Source: Octopus vulgaris
Taxonomy: Eukaryota
Assembly (NCBI GenBank): GCA_951406725.2
Contig: OX597828.1
Span: 59,024,001-59,088,000, forward strand
DNA: 64,000 bases
Direction of reading: 5' to 3'
Shown here: piece by piece, positions 45,707 through 58,132 of the stretch
Position numbering within the stretch: position 1 is the first letter of the stretch
Layout of the letters: the number at the start of each line of letters is the position of its first letter
Translations under genes and position numbers: made by a program
The notes under the pieces: generated by a model
Told to the model about the DNA's origin: nothing
Database searches by the model: none
The model's input: only the letters and a program-made list of their open reading frames with translations

Positions 45707-45732
45707 TATTTATATATATATATATACATATA

Positions 45733-45828
<96 letters not shown>

Positions 45829-45857
45829 CATATACATATATATATTTATATATATAC

Positions 45858-45888
<31 letters not shown>

Positions 45889-45989
45889 CATATATATATT
45901 ATATATATATATATATATACATATATATATTTATATATATATATATTTATATATATATACATACATATACACACACATATATATATATG

Positions 45990-46433
45990 ACAGAGCGGCT
46001 AACCGGCTTCCGTGCCAGTGGAACTTAAAGGGCACCATTTGAGCGTGATCGTTACCAACGTTGCATTACTGGCACTCGAGCCCCGTGCTAGTAGGGTATT
46101 AAGAGCACCATTCGAGCGTGATTGTTGCCAGAGTGGCTATCTAGCCTCCATGCCGGTGGCACGTAAAAGACACCATTCGAGTGTGGTCGTTACCAGCATC
46201 ACCTTACTGGCAACTGTGCTGGTGGCTTGTGTAAAAGATTTGAGCGATGTCGTTGCCTATGCCACCTGACTGGCCCCATGCCGGTGGCACATAAAAGCAC
46301 CCACTACACTCTCGGAGTGGTTGGCATTAGGAAGGGCATCCAGCTGTAGAACCTCTGCCAGATCAAGATTGAAGCCTCAGTCATTTGTCCATCCCATGCT
46401 AGCATGGAAATCAGACGTTAAACGATGATGATG
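45990..46433 (+). mobile_element. RTE 3'UTR fragment (family C)
   Basis: About 5 degenerate internal repeats then ..CCATGCTAGCATGGAAATCAGACGTTAAACGATGATG. Confidence 0.85.
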
Positions 46434-46648
46434 ATATATATATATATATGAGCAAAAACATCCGGGTGTTTACACTCGAATAGCTCCTATTTTTAAACAG
46501 GTCAATGCTGTTTCTGCATTATGCTAACTTTAAATTTTGTACCTTTATAATGCTATTAGACCTGTTGAATCGCCTATGTTGCTGCTGTTAATATTATCAA
46601 TTAAAATTATTCACTACAGATAATATTAATAATAGTAACATCTTACCA

Positions 46649-47978
46649 TAAACTGTGTATCACGCTTTATTGCTGGTCAAATTTTTGTTGATATTTTGAA
46701 TGTCAAACATTGTTCAAACCTGAAACTTGGTTCACTGAACATTTCAATCATATTGATAAGCTACATATAAAGTTATTTTGAGTTATGTATTCTGAGGTGC
46801 TTTCAGCCCTGTCACACTTTATTGCAGGTGTACAAAAATGTCAATTTAAGGTAATGATACAAAATATTATTGTTATATTACCATTTTATTGTAATAATGA
46901 AACATGCTACTGAAGAATAGCAGCAGAAGATATGAAATAAACACAATTAAATTGTTGGTGCTGTACTTTATTTGTCTATGTAACTTCCTTGTTTAGAAAT
47001 GATATAAAACAGTCTTTTGTCCACATCTGAGAAGATGTTACGGTACCAGCAACTGTTTTCATCTTTTCTCACAGGGCATCCTTTGATGAAAACTGGATAC
47101 CTCCTTCATATACTTTCCTCTTCAAGATCAACCAGAGCCAGGGTTTAAGTCATGAGAAGAGGGAGGCCAAGTGATGAGTGATTGGCCTGTCATTCCCAAA
47201 GTTGCAAGATACGAAATTGTGACGTTGGCTGAATGCAAAGGAGCATTTTTCATGCATAAAAATCAGTCGCCATCTCTGTGAGAGTGGAAGATCATCTAAC
47301 GAAGCTGTTAGCTGCTACTTCAGAAACGCAGTGTAGGAGTTGCTGGTGAGTTGGACACCTTCTGGCACTTGGAAAGGCCTGACAAGTTCATTTCCTATGA
47401 TTCCCACCCAAAACATGACATCACCACCTTTTGTTGATGCCAAATATGATGCAGGCAAGAGGCTCCATCAGGTACTCATACTTTGGCGCATCTGTTGGAG
47501 CCATCCAGCATAGCTCTGGCCTCATCCGTGAAGAGGACTTCTTGGAAATTGATTTTCATGTACTTCTCTGCCCAATCAATACGCTTCTCTTTGTGGTTCT
47601 TGCTTAGGATGGGTCTAGTGATGCACTTAGCATTTTTGGCTGTCTCTTTAAGGATCCTACACAGTACTTTCAAATATGGCAGCACTTGTGCTACCGAGGT
47701 CTTTTTCTTACTCGTCTACCTATTTTTTTTATGTCACGCTGGGGTTTTCAACATATGCCTTCAATTTTCTTGTATCCTGACAAAGCTCTTGGGCTAATTC
47801 TCCCACAGATAAGCCTTCTGTGAGACCTGCAGCAATCCGCATCTTCTCTGTAGCTGTCAGACGTTGTTTCAGGGGCATTTTTGTATACCTGCATGACTGA
47901 GTTTCACATTTGTACAATGTGTAATATTCAAAATATCACCAAAAATATGACCTGCAATAAAGCACGATACACAGTTTA
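46649..47978 (-). mobile_element. Tc1-like transposon, degraded
   Basis: TIRs TAAACTGTGTATC..GCTTTATTGC.GGTCA at both ends; RPILSKNHKEKRIDWA, VLFTDE, VMFWVGI, MHENA, WPPSSHDLNP. Confidence 0.9.
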
Positions 47979-47992
47979 TATACAGTATATAT

Positions 47993-48373
47993 ATCTATTA
48001 TATATCTATTATATAAAATCCATTCTGTCTGTCTGTGTGTGTGTCTTCTAGGATCTCGGGCATCCTCCATCCGATTGCGCTCAAATTTAATATGTAGTTA
48101 CCGACAGTATTAGGGTGTATATAAGTCTTGAAAAAAATTACAAAAATTAATTCCAGGTGAGAATGCGGTTGATAAAGCCGTGGGAACGTGCATTTGTACA
48201 CACAAGTATATCAGTCGAAATCCATCTTTTGCTGGTGTCTCAAATTTAGGTTAAATCAATGTTTCTCAAAGGGGAGGCGTATGGGACGGTCGGACAAGTT
48301 GTTTTGAGAAAATTTGGTTTAAATGTTTGGCAACTCAACACCGTTCATTGGACGGGGTGGGGGCGTTTTCCTC

Positions 48374-48375
<2 letters not shown>
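47993..48375 (+). mobile_element. Helitron-like 5' end fragment
   Basis: ATCTATTATATAAAATCCATTCTGTCTGTCTGTG..CATCCGATTGCGCTCAAATTT resembles a non-autonomous Helitron start. Confidence 0.55.
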
Positions 48376-48430
<55 letters not shown>

Positions 48431-48436
<6 letters not shown>

Positions 48437-48590
48437 GGGTACTGAAAAGTTCCTGGCTTTGGTTAAAAGAAAATAGAGGAGGATCAGTTAATTATGATTT
48501 TATTCAACATATTCCTCTCTCATATTCACACACTTATTACAGTAGTCCTTTAGTTCTTCTAAGCCCTGTAAAAGAACTTGGAAGTTTGGG
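48431..48590. mobile_element. Mariner-type terminal fragment
   Basis: TATGAGGGGTACTGAAAAGTTCCTGG next to (TA)n; no partner TIR seen. Confidence 0.5.
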
Positions 48591-50980
48591 CTCACGGGGT
48601 CAGCCAGGTCGTACTGGCAACACCCACACTCGAATGGTACTTTTTACATACCACTGATGCAGGAGCCAGTCAGGCGGCACTGGCATTGACCATGACAATG
48701 ATTCCGCTTGACCCAACAACTCTTCTCAAGCACAGCATATTGCCTGATGATTAAAGGGTACTTTTAAATGGGCCAATTATGTGACACTGGCATTGGTTGC
48801 AGATACAGTCTCACTTGGCTTGCCGGGACTTCCCAAACACTGCATATCTCCAAAGATCTCGGTCACTTGTCATTACTTCTGTGAGGCTCAATGTTTGAAG
48901 GTTGTGCTTCATCCCAAGTATTCCTGAGTCTACTTCTTCCACAAGTTCCGTCCACTGTTTGGGTGTGACACTTCTTCACGCAGCTGTCTTCATCCATAGG
49001 CAATACATGACCATACCAGCGCAGTTGTCTTTCTTGCACACCACATCTGATACTTCTTTCTCTCAGGGCACTTACACTCTGCCGTGTATGCACACTGACA
49101 TTACACATCCAACAGAGCACACTAGCTTCATTTCTTTCAAGCCTATGCAAGTCCTCAGCAGTCATAGCCCATGTTTCACTGCTGTATAACATGGCTGTTT
49201 GCACACATACATCATATTGTCTACCTTTCACTCTGAGTGAGAAGCCCTTTCTTACCAGCAGAGGTAGGAGCTCTCTGAACTTTGACCAGGCTCTTCTTAT
49301 TCTAGAAGCTGTGCTCTCAGAGCATCCACCCCTGCTACTGACTTGGTTACCTAGGTAATGGAAGCTATCAACTATTTCTAGTTTTTCCTCCTGGCATGTG
49401 ATGGAATCTGTTTTCTGTACATCTTTGGTGTTTATTGTCCCTGTGCATCTGCCACACACAAAAACTATCTTCCCAGTTAACCTTCCTTTGATATTACTGT
49501 ACCTTTTATATGTCCATAGCTTACACTGGGTACATCTTATGGAGTGTCTATCTACACTTTTTCTGCAGATTGAGCAGGGCTCTCTACCTGAAGGGATTTG
49601 TAATTTGTCTGCCTTACTGCTTACTAAGACTTTGGTTTTTGCTAGATTCACTCTAAGATCCTTTGATTCTAGACCTTGCTTCCACATCTGAAACTTCTCC
49701 TCTAGTTCTGGTAGTGACTCAGCTATAAGAGCATGATCATAAGCATAGAGGAGCTCCCAGGGCAGCCTGTCTTGAATTCCTCTGTTAGCCTGGAGGACTA
49801 TGATAAATAAGAGGAGGCTGAGGACTGAGCCATGGTGAACCCTTACTTCTACCTGGAACATAGTTGTTGCCAACCCATGCCTTACTGACAGCATCCCTGT
49901 ACATGGCTTGTACAACTCACACCAACCACTCATCTATCCTTAGTTTCAGCTTTGACCACCAGATAAGAGATCAGGGGACCCTGTCAAAGGCTTTTTCCAT
50001 GTCATTGAAAGCCAAATACAGAGGTTTCTCTTTGGCTAGGAATTTCTCCTGCACCTGTCTTACCAGAAATATAGCATCAGTGGTGCTTCTCCCTGGCAAA
50101 AACCCAAACTGCATCTTGTCTAAACTAACTTTCTCCCTAATTAGTTGGGCTATGACCCTCTCCGTGATTTTCATCACCTGGTCCAACAATTTGATATCTC
50201 TAATTATTCCTATCTAATGCATCACCTTTACCATTATAGCAGTTGACTATGATATTGCTACACCAGTCATTGGGTATGACTCCTTCATGTACCACCTGGT
50301 TGACTAGACTATAGCCTACACCACCAGATGTTGTAAGCATCTCTGCAGTGACTCCTGATGGACTGGAGGCTTTCCCTGTCTTCATACCTTTAATTGCTTT
50401 ATTTACCAAGGTACTATCAATTCGAATAGCTGGTCCCTCTGTTGGGTCGACAATTGACAGACTCTCTTCCATTCATTCTCTTCATTTAGCAATCTTTCAT
50501 AGTAGCATCTCCAAGTCTCTTTCTTTGCAACATCATTGAATGCAAGTGAGCCATCCTCCATACGGACGCATTACTCTCCTATGACATCACAATTCTCTCT
50601 CATAGTCTTGCAGTACAAAATACTTCAAATCCTTCTTGATGCAGAACGTTGGCTAATTTTTTCTTATCTGCTTCCCATCTGGCTAAGTAAATCTGTCCCT
50701 TAGGTTCCCTTCTGTCACTCTGATACTGTTCCCTGCTACCACTGCACTTTCAGTCCTTCCATGCCCGTTTCTTTTCCCTAATGGCCCTTTCAACTACATG
50801 TTGCACCAACATGTTACCTAAGGTCAAAAGGGGACTTTACACCAGCCACAGATCTGGTTGGTAGCCCTCAACAGATTGTCCTGTAGGAGCTTCCAGTTGT
50901 CCTCCACATACAATACTATATCCTCTTTTTCATCAAAAGCTTCAAGTAATATGTCTCTAAATCTCTTATGCAAACTGAAA
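48590..50980 (-). mobile_element. RTE-clade LINE, degraded
   Basis: MQFGFLPGRSTTDAIF, DMEKAFDRVP, VHHGSVLS, LLYAYD, FHYLG, RQLRWYGHV, GRSRLRNTW; more fragments at 53000-53460 and 53760-54130. Confidence 0.92.
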
Positions 50981-53900
50981 GAAGTGGGGTTCACAATCTC
51001 TAATGATTTCTGAGTGATCTCGTATTATGATAATATTAAAAACGTTACACCCTAAAAACTATGATAATTTTTTTATCATCGTTGCCATCATTCAAAGTTC
51101 ATTTTTCCATGTTTGTATAACTGAAACAGAGAGGTTATTTGTCGCAGATTTCCTAAGGCCGGATGCTCTTCCTGTCACCAATCCACATTTGTTTCTAAGC
51201 AAGGTAATATTTCCCCATAGCAAGCAGGTTATTGGAAACGAATGATGTTGCTTATATCATCACCGTCCAGCGTCCGCTTTCCATGCTAGCATGGGTTGGA
51301 CGGTTCAACTGGGGTCTGGGAAGCCAGAAGGCTGCACCAGGCCCAGTCTGATCTGGCAATGTTTCTACGGCTGGATGCCCTTCCTAATGCCAACCACTCC
51401 ATGAGTGTAGTGGGTACTTTTTATGTGCCACCGGCACAGGTGCCAGAGGAGGCTGGCAAACGACCACGATCGGATGGTGCTTTTTACGTGCCACCGGCAC
51501 GAAGCCAGTCGGGGTGGCGCTGGCAACAGCCATGTTCGGATGGTTCTCTTACATACCACCAGCACTGGTATCACAGCTGCAATTTCCATTGATGTTGATC
51601 GATTTTGATTTTGATTTTGAATATGATTTTCACTTGCCTCAATAGGTCTTCACAAGTAGAGTTTTGTGTCCCAAGAAGGAAAGGTATGCATAAGTGGACT
51701 GGTTACATCCCAGATGATAGTGATATTCATTTACAACTATCATGCAACACACACACACACATATACAATACATACATATACAATAGATTTATTCCAGGTT
51801 CCACCTCCCAAATCCACTCACAAGGCTTCGGTTGGCTCAGGGCTATAATAGAAGAAACTTATCCAAAGTGCCATGCAGTTGGACTAAACCCAGAAGCATG
51901 TGGTAAGAAAATACTGCAGTCCTGATTAAATGTTGACCCCCCCCCACTCCCTTGCACAGAGGTTTGATGCTGTGGTTACACACAAATGTAACCCCAGCAT
52001 CTAAAAGAAGATGTAGTGAGGACACTTGAGTAATTTGCAAGGATTTGTGTAGGAAGGGCATCCAGCTGTAAAAACCATGCTAAAAGAGACAACGGAGCTA
52101 GGTGCATTCCTCTGGCTTGCCAGCTCCTGTCAAACTGTCCAACCCATGCCAGCATAGAAAATGGACGTTACCCTAACCCTACGGTTATTACATTGGGCAT
52201 GCTGTACTTGTCTCTTCTATTGCTACTACAATGGTTGCTACTCTGAAATAGCAAGTTGCACACCACTTCTTATGCAGCCTCCTTGCTTTGCCTCTTTCAT
52301 CCCTTGCTTTATTATTCTTCCTCAGTCCTATCGTTCTCTCAAATATCCTTGCTATCCAGATTTTTCCTGCAGATATTGGTGTTAAGATGTTCAAGCAGGG
52401 CTTCAGTTTCATCAATCCTCAAGAGCCTGAGTGCTTGTGTGACTTCCTTTGATTAAGTGGTACAAAAAGAATTTCTACCATATCATTCCCATAATAATAA
52501 TATTAGTAATAATAAGTGAAAGAAGTGCAGAAAATTGTTTCAATTGGAATGTTACACATCCTGAGAAGAACATTGTCACTGTGAACTTTTTCCTTTTTCT
52601 ATTATCTTTTTCTCTTTGTCCTTTTTCGTTGTTTCTTTTTTCCTTCTCTCTTTTTCTTTTTTTTTCTGTGCCACATGACTTTGTAAATGAACAATCTATT
52701 GTGTTTTTTTAATGGCCTACCAATGTATATAGTGAGTTTCTTTGCCCTAGGTGTTTGGAAGACACACAACAAGAAATGGAAACAAATCTGAAAGAAAAAC
52801 TCAATAATAATAATGATAATTTCAAATTTTGGCACAAGGCCAGCAATTTTAGAAGAGGGGGGTAAGTCCTACCTTAATCCCAGTACTCAAATGGTACTTA
52901 TTTTATAGACCCGAAAAGGTTGAAAGGCAGAGTCAACCTTGGTGGAATTTGAACTCAGAATGTAAGGATGGATGAAATGCTGCTAATATCACACATGCGT
53001 CGTACAGTCTACCTTTTACTCTGGAGCAAGAGGCCCTTTGTCACCAGCAGAGGTAAGAGCTCTCTGAACTTTGCCCAGGCTATTCCTATTCTAGCAGCTA
53101 CACTTTCAGTGCACCCTCCCCGGCTACTGACTTGGTCACCTAGGTAACGGAAGCTTATCATCTACTTCTAGTTTTTCTCCCTGGAATGTGGTGGAAGTTG
53201 TTCTCATTGTACAACCTAATTAAATATATGAGTGACTAGGCCTTACTCCATTCAGCCAAATATCTTAAGTATCTCTGTGGTAATTTCTGATGGGCCTGGG
53301 ACTTACCCTGTTTTCATATCCTTAGCTTCTTTATCTATCACACTTCTGTCAACTAGAATGGCTGGTCCCTCTGTTGGGTTCACATACAGAAGGCTCTCCT
53401 TCTCCCATGCATTCTACTAGTTAGAAGCCTTCCTTGTCTCTTTCTTTTCAGAATCACTGAGTGCAAGTGTACCAGCATCGCCTTACTGGCACCTGTGCCA
53501 TTGGCATGTGGAAAAAATTCGAGTAAGGTCGTTGCCAGTGCCACCTGACTGGCCACCGTGCCAGTGGCACGTAAAAGCACCCACTACACTCTCGGAGTAG
53601 TTGGCATTAGGAAGGGCATCCTGCTGTAGAAACTCTGCCAGATCAAGATTGGAGCCTGGTGCAGCCATCTGGTTCGCCAGCCCTCAGTCAAACCATCCAA
53701 CCCATGCCAGCATGAAGAGCGGATGTTAAACGACGATGATGATGACATCCACTTCTCACTCACATCTTGATCTCTCTGGTACACTGCCCTGCAATCCAGA
53801 ATACCTCATACCTCTGGTCCTCATGCTTTAGAACATTGACAAATCTCTTCCTTTCTGCTTCTCCCCATTGTTAAATCTACCTGTTGCTTAGCTTTTCTTC

Positions 53901-54196
53901 AAGCTACCTGACATAATTCTCTGCACCCTCATTCTTCTAATACCTCCAAGCCTGTCTCTTTGCTTTTAAGCTTCTCTCTATTTCACAGTTTCAGCACCAT
54001 GTCCACTCTTGGTCTGATTTGGTACTTTGCACAAACTGCAGATTTGACCATAAGTAGATTATCCCCTAAGAATTTCCAGTTGTCCTCTATATTATAAGTT
54101 TCTACCTCTTCCTCCTCCCCCAAAATAAAGTCACTGTCATTCGTCATCAAGGTAGTCTGCAAAAGAGTATCATAAGTAGTCATGTATATATTTATA

Positions 54197-54390
54197 TATC
54201 TGTAAAATAATATGTGACAATTATTCGGTAGCCAAGATAAAACTCTGAGTTTCGGATGCCGAGGTGGAAATCCACAACACCATCTCTTCGTTTGTCTGAA
54301 GAGATGGTGTTGTGGATTTCCACCTCGGCATCCGAAACTCAGAGTTTTATCTTGGCTATTGAATAATTGTCACTTATTATTTTACAGATA
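54197..54390. repeat. Near-perfect palindrome of about 190 bp containing a hammerhead core
   Basis: Arms of about 92 bp around GTTTGTCT; right arm CTGAAGA-GATG..CATC-C-GAAA-CTCAGAG-TT-TTATC. Confidence 0.85.
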
Positions 54391-55177
54391 AATTTCCTCT
54401 ATTTACATAATATTGAGGTCTCTTTCTTTCTTTTATCTTACCATTTTTACCAATATATATATATTTTTTTTTCTTGTGTCCCTTTTCACTTGTTTCACCC
54501 ATTAGACTGCAGCTATCCTGGAGCACCATCCTGAAAAATTTTATTTGAATGAATTAACCACCTCTAGCACTTTTTTTAAAAGTCTGGTACTTACTTTATT
54601 AATGTTATGGAAGTCATAAACACACCAGCTCCAGTTGTCAAGGGGTGGTGGGGAACAGGCAGAGACACAACAATACACACACACACACACACACGCACAG
54701 AGTATAGTATAACGACAGTTGTGAATAGCCGATGCCCCATCCACAGTTGAGTGTGATATGATGGCTAGAAGGACATACCCTGAACCTAAAAAATGAATAG
54801 CCCTCCCTAACAAACTAACATATACCATATCCAATGTACGCAGCAGAACACCAGCAATATAACCATAAAAATAAATATGTGAACAGTTAAGGACTCTTCA
54901 TTAGAGGCACCACTTGAAATCAAAACTACAGCACACCTAGCCGATAAAATGAACCAAAGACCATGCAAAAACACTAATCTTAATCTTGATCCAAATAGAC
55001 TGAACCCTAACTTCAGACAGTGACTGGTGTGAATCAGAGGCGAATCACACAAGCCTGCAAGCAGATCAGGTTTCAGTTTCACATAGCCTCCACCACCACC
55101 ACCATCACCACCTTCCCCCTGAACATTAATAAAAAACTAACTCCACTCAGTTTGCTTTGTGACCTGCCAAATGGATA

Positions 55178-55261
55178 GATCCTGAAGAAGCTACATCGAT
55201 GATAGTAACAGGTTGCTTCTGCAACTGCAAGTAGTCTGTGCAGCGGAAATACATGTAGGTC
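55178..55261 (+). ncRNA. Hammerhead-like motif
   Basis: GAUC-CUGAAGA-A-GCU(..)AGC-G-GAAA-UACAUG-UA-GGUC; 4-bp stem I, extra G before GAAA. Confidence 0.45.
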
Positions 55262-55757
55262 ATTATGATATGCTGTAAAAAAATTGTAAAATATGAGAAA
55301 ATAGATCTTGAGGATGAACAAGTCAGCATATTCTTTATAATTATTACTAATATATACTCCAGACTATTAGCGTCCAGTGAAGTGAACACGGAATTAGCCA
55401 TCAGAGGAATTCCCAGAGTGATTGACAACTAATAGCAGCTACAGACATTAAATACTGATTGGTGTTATTAGCTGTAAACTGGAAATTAACTATGAGTCAC
55501 CATGGTATCCACCTGGATAATATAACCCCACAAACTAATATCATCATCATCATCATCATCATCATTTAGCGTCCGCTTTCCATGCTAGCATGGGTTGGAC
55601 GGTTCAACTGGGGTCTGAGAGGCCAGAAGGCTGCACCAGGCCCAGTCTGATCTGGCAATGTTTCTATGTGTGTGTATATATGTATACACACACACACACA
55701 TATATATATATAGATATATAGATATATGTATGTATTTATATATATATATAGATATAT

Positions 55758-55812
<55 letters not shown>

Positions 55813-56162
55813 ATAAAATAAATATAAGAGAGTGGTCACTATATTGATCACTCTAGCACCAGTTAATCCAAAAGGTTTCAACCACGAAAAATACATGTTT
55901 CCCATGAAAGCCAGTACGACTGTTAGCTCACATATATATATATATGTATATATATATATGTATATATATATATGTATATATATATATGTATATATGTATA
56001 TATGTATATATATATATGTATATATATATATAGATATATGTATATATATATGTATATATATATAGATATATGTATATATATATGTAGATATATGCATACA
56101 TATATGTATATATATATATAGATATATGTATATATATATATAGATATATGTATATATATAGA

Positions 56163-56200
<38 letters not shown>

Positions 56201-56292
56201 TATATGTATATATATAGATATATGTATAGATATATATATAGATATATGTATATATATAGATATATATAGATATATGGATATATATGTAGTTG

Positions 56293-56342
<50 letters not shown>

Positions 56343-56358
56343 TATATGTATATATAGA

Positions 56359-56520
<162 letters not shown>

Positions 56521-56680
56521 TATATGTATATATAGATATATGTATATATATGTATATAGATATATGTATATATATGTATATAGATATATGTATATATATG
56601 TATATAGATATATGTATATATATGTATATAGATATATGTATATATATGTATATAGATATATGTATATATATATGTATATA

Positions 56681-57327
56681 GCAATAATAATTCTCTAAAA
56701 GAGATATAGACAGTAACTGCTCGATAACATAAGGGACTAAAGCCATCTGAATATGGCTAGGGACAGGGCAGGGTGGTGGGGGTGTTACTGTTGCATTTAG
56801 CCCCAGGCGAACATCGACGTCACCAGAAAGGCTCGACACCGTCACGGTGTCCTTATCCTGCAAAGGGAGGTAATTCCCCGATGAAGCGGAAACCACACAC
56901 GGACCATGGTTTCAAGGTGTATTGCCTATCGTCGGCGTGTGGTAGGCTTCCGCTTCCTCGACGAACTCTCACTCTGCAGGATATTCATATATAGATTTTC
57001 AAGCAAAATACATTTGCTGATTTCGAAAATCTGTTCGAAAGCAATAATAATTCTCTAAAAGAGATATAGACAGTAACTGCTCGATAACATAAGGGACTAA
57101 AGCCATCTGAATATGGCTAGGGACAGGGCAGGGTGGTGGGGGTGTTACTGTTGCATTTAGCCCCAGGCGAACATCGACGTCACCAGAAAGGCTCGACACC
57201 GTCACGGTGTCCTTATCCTGCAAAGGGAGGTAATTCCCCGATGAAGCGGAAACCACACACGGACCATGGTTTCAAGGTGTATTGCCTATCGTTGGCGTGT
57301 GGTAGGCTTCCGCTTCCTCGACGAACT
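56681..57327 (-). mobile_element. Retrozyme-like partial tandem (360-bp period, 1.8 units) inside (TA)n
   Basis: 56681-56967 equals 57041-57327 with 1 mismatch; one hammerhead per unit; non-coding. Confidence 0.8.
56883..56956 (-). ncRNA. Type I hammerhead ribozyme motif with extended stem I (U4C variant)
   Basis: GAAGCGGAA..CACACG-CCGACGA-U-AGG(CAAUACA)CCU-U-GAAA-CCAUGG-UC-CGUGUG..UUCCGCUUC; second copy at 57243-57316 has CCAACGA. Confidence 0.72.
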
Positions 57328-57378
57328 AGATATATGTATATATATATGTATATAGATATATGTATATATATATATAGA

Positions 57379-57427
<49 letters not shown>

Positions 57428-57657
57428 AGATATATGTATATATATATAGATATATGTATATATATATATAGATATATGTATATATATATATAGATATATG
57501 TATATATATATATATAGATATATGTATATATATATATATAGATATATGTGTATATATATAGATACATGTATATATATATAGATATATGTATATATATATA
57601 TAGATATATGTATATATATATATATAGATATATGTATATATATATATATAGATATAA

Positions 57658-57704
<47 letters not shown>

Positions 57705-57921
57705 TTGAAGTAGATAAATGAATTATCTTATTACGGATAATTCAAATGATAACCGATACCTGGGTAGCAAAAATCAACAGAAAAAGCACGGTTGAGGTTA
57801 CGACCATGGGGCCTATTAGGGACTTTGCAGCCTTTGAAACATATGTAGAAAATAATAAAAAGGAATTTTGTTAAATCTTCGTTCAGCTCCATTTCTTCCT
57901 ACACTAAATATATATATATAT

Positions 57922-57975
<54 letters not shown>

Positions 57976-58071
57976 GATATATATATATATTGATAGAAAT
58001 GATAAGACAACAAAAGTATGACAGAGGAATTTATTTGTAAAAGTAATATGTGACAATTATTCGGTAGCTAC

Positions 58072-58132
58072 GATAAAACTCCGAGTTTCGGATGTCAGGC
58101 CGGAAACCCATGCCGCCATCTCTTCAGTTATC
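58072..58132 (-). ncRNA. Type I hammerhead motif within an inverted-repeat element (58035-58250)
   Basis: GAUAA-CUGAAGA-GAUG(22 nt)CAUC-C-GAAA-CUCGGAG-UU-UUAUC; same family as 54197-54390. Confidence 0.72.
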
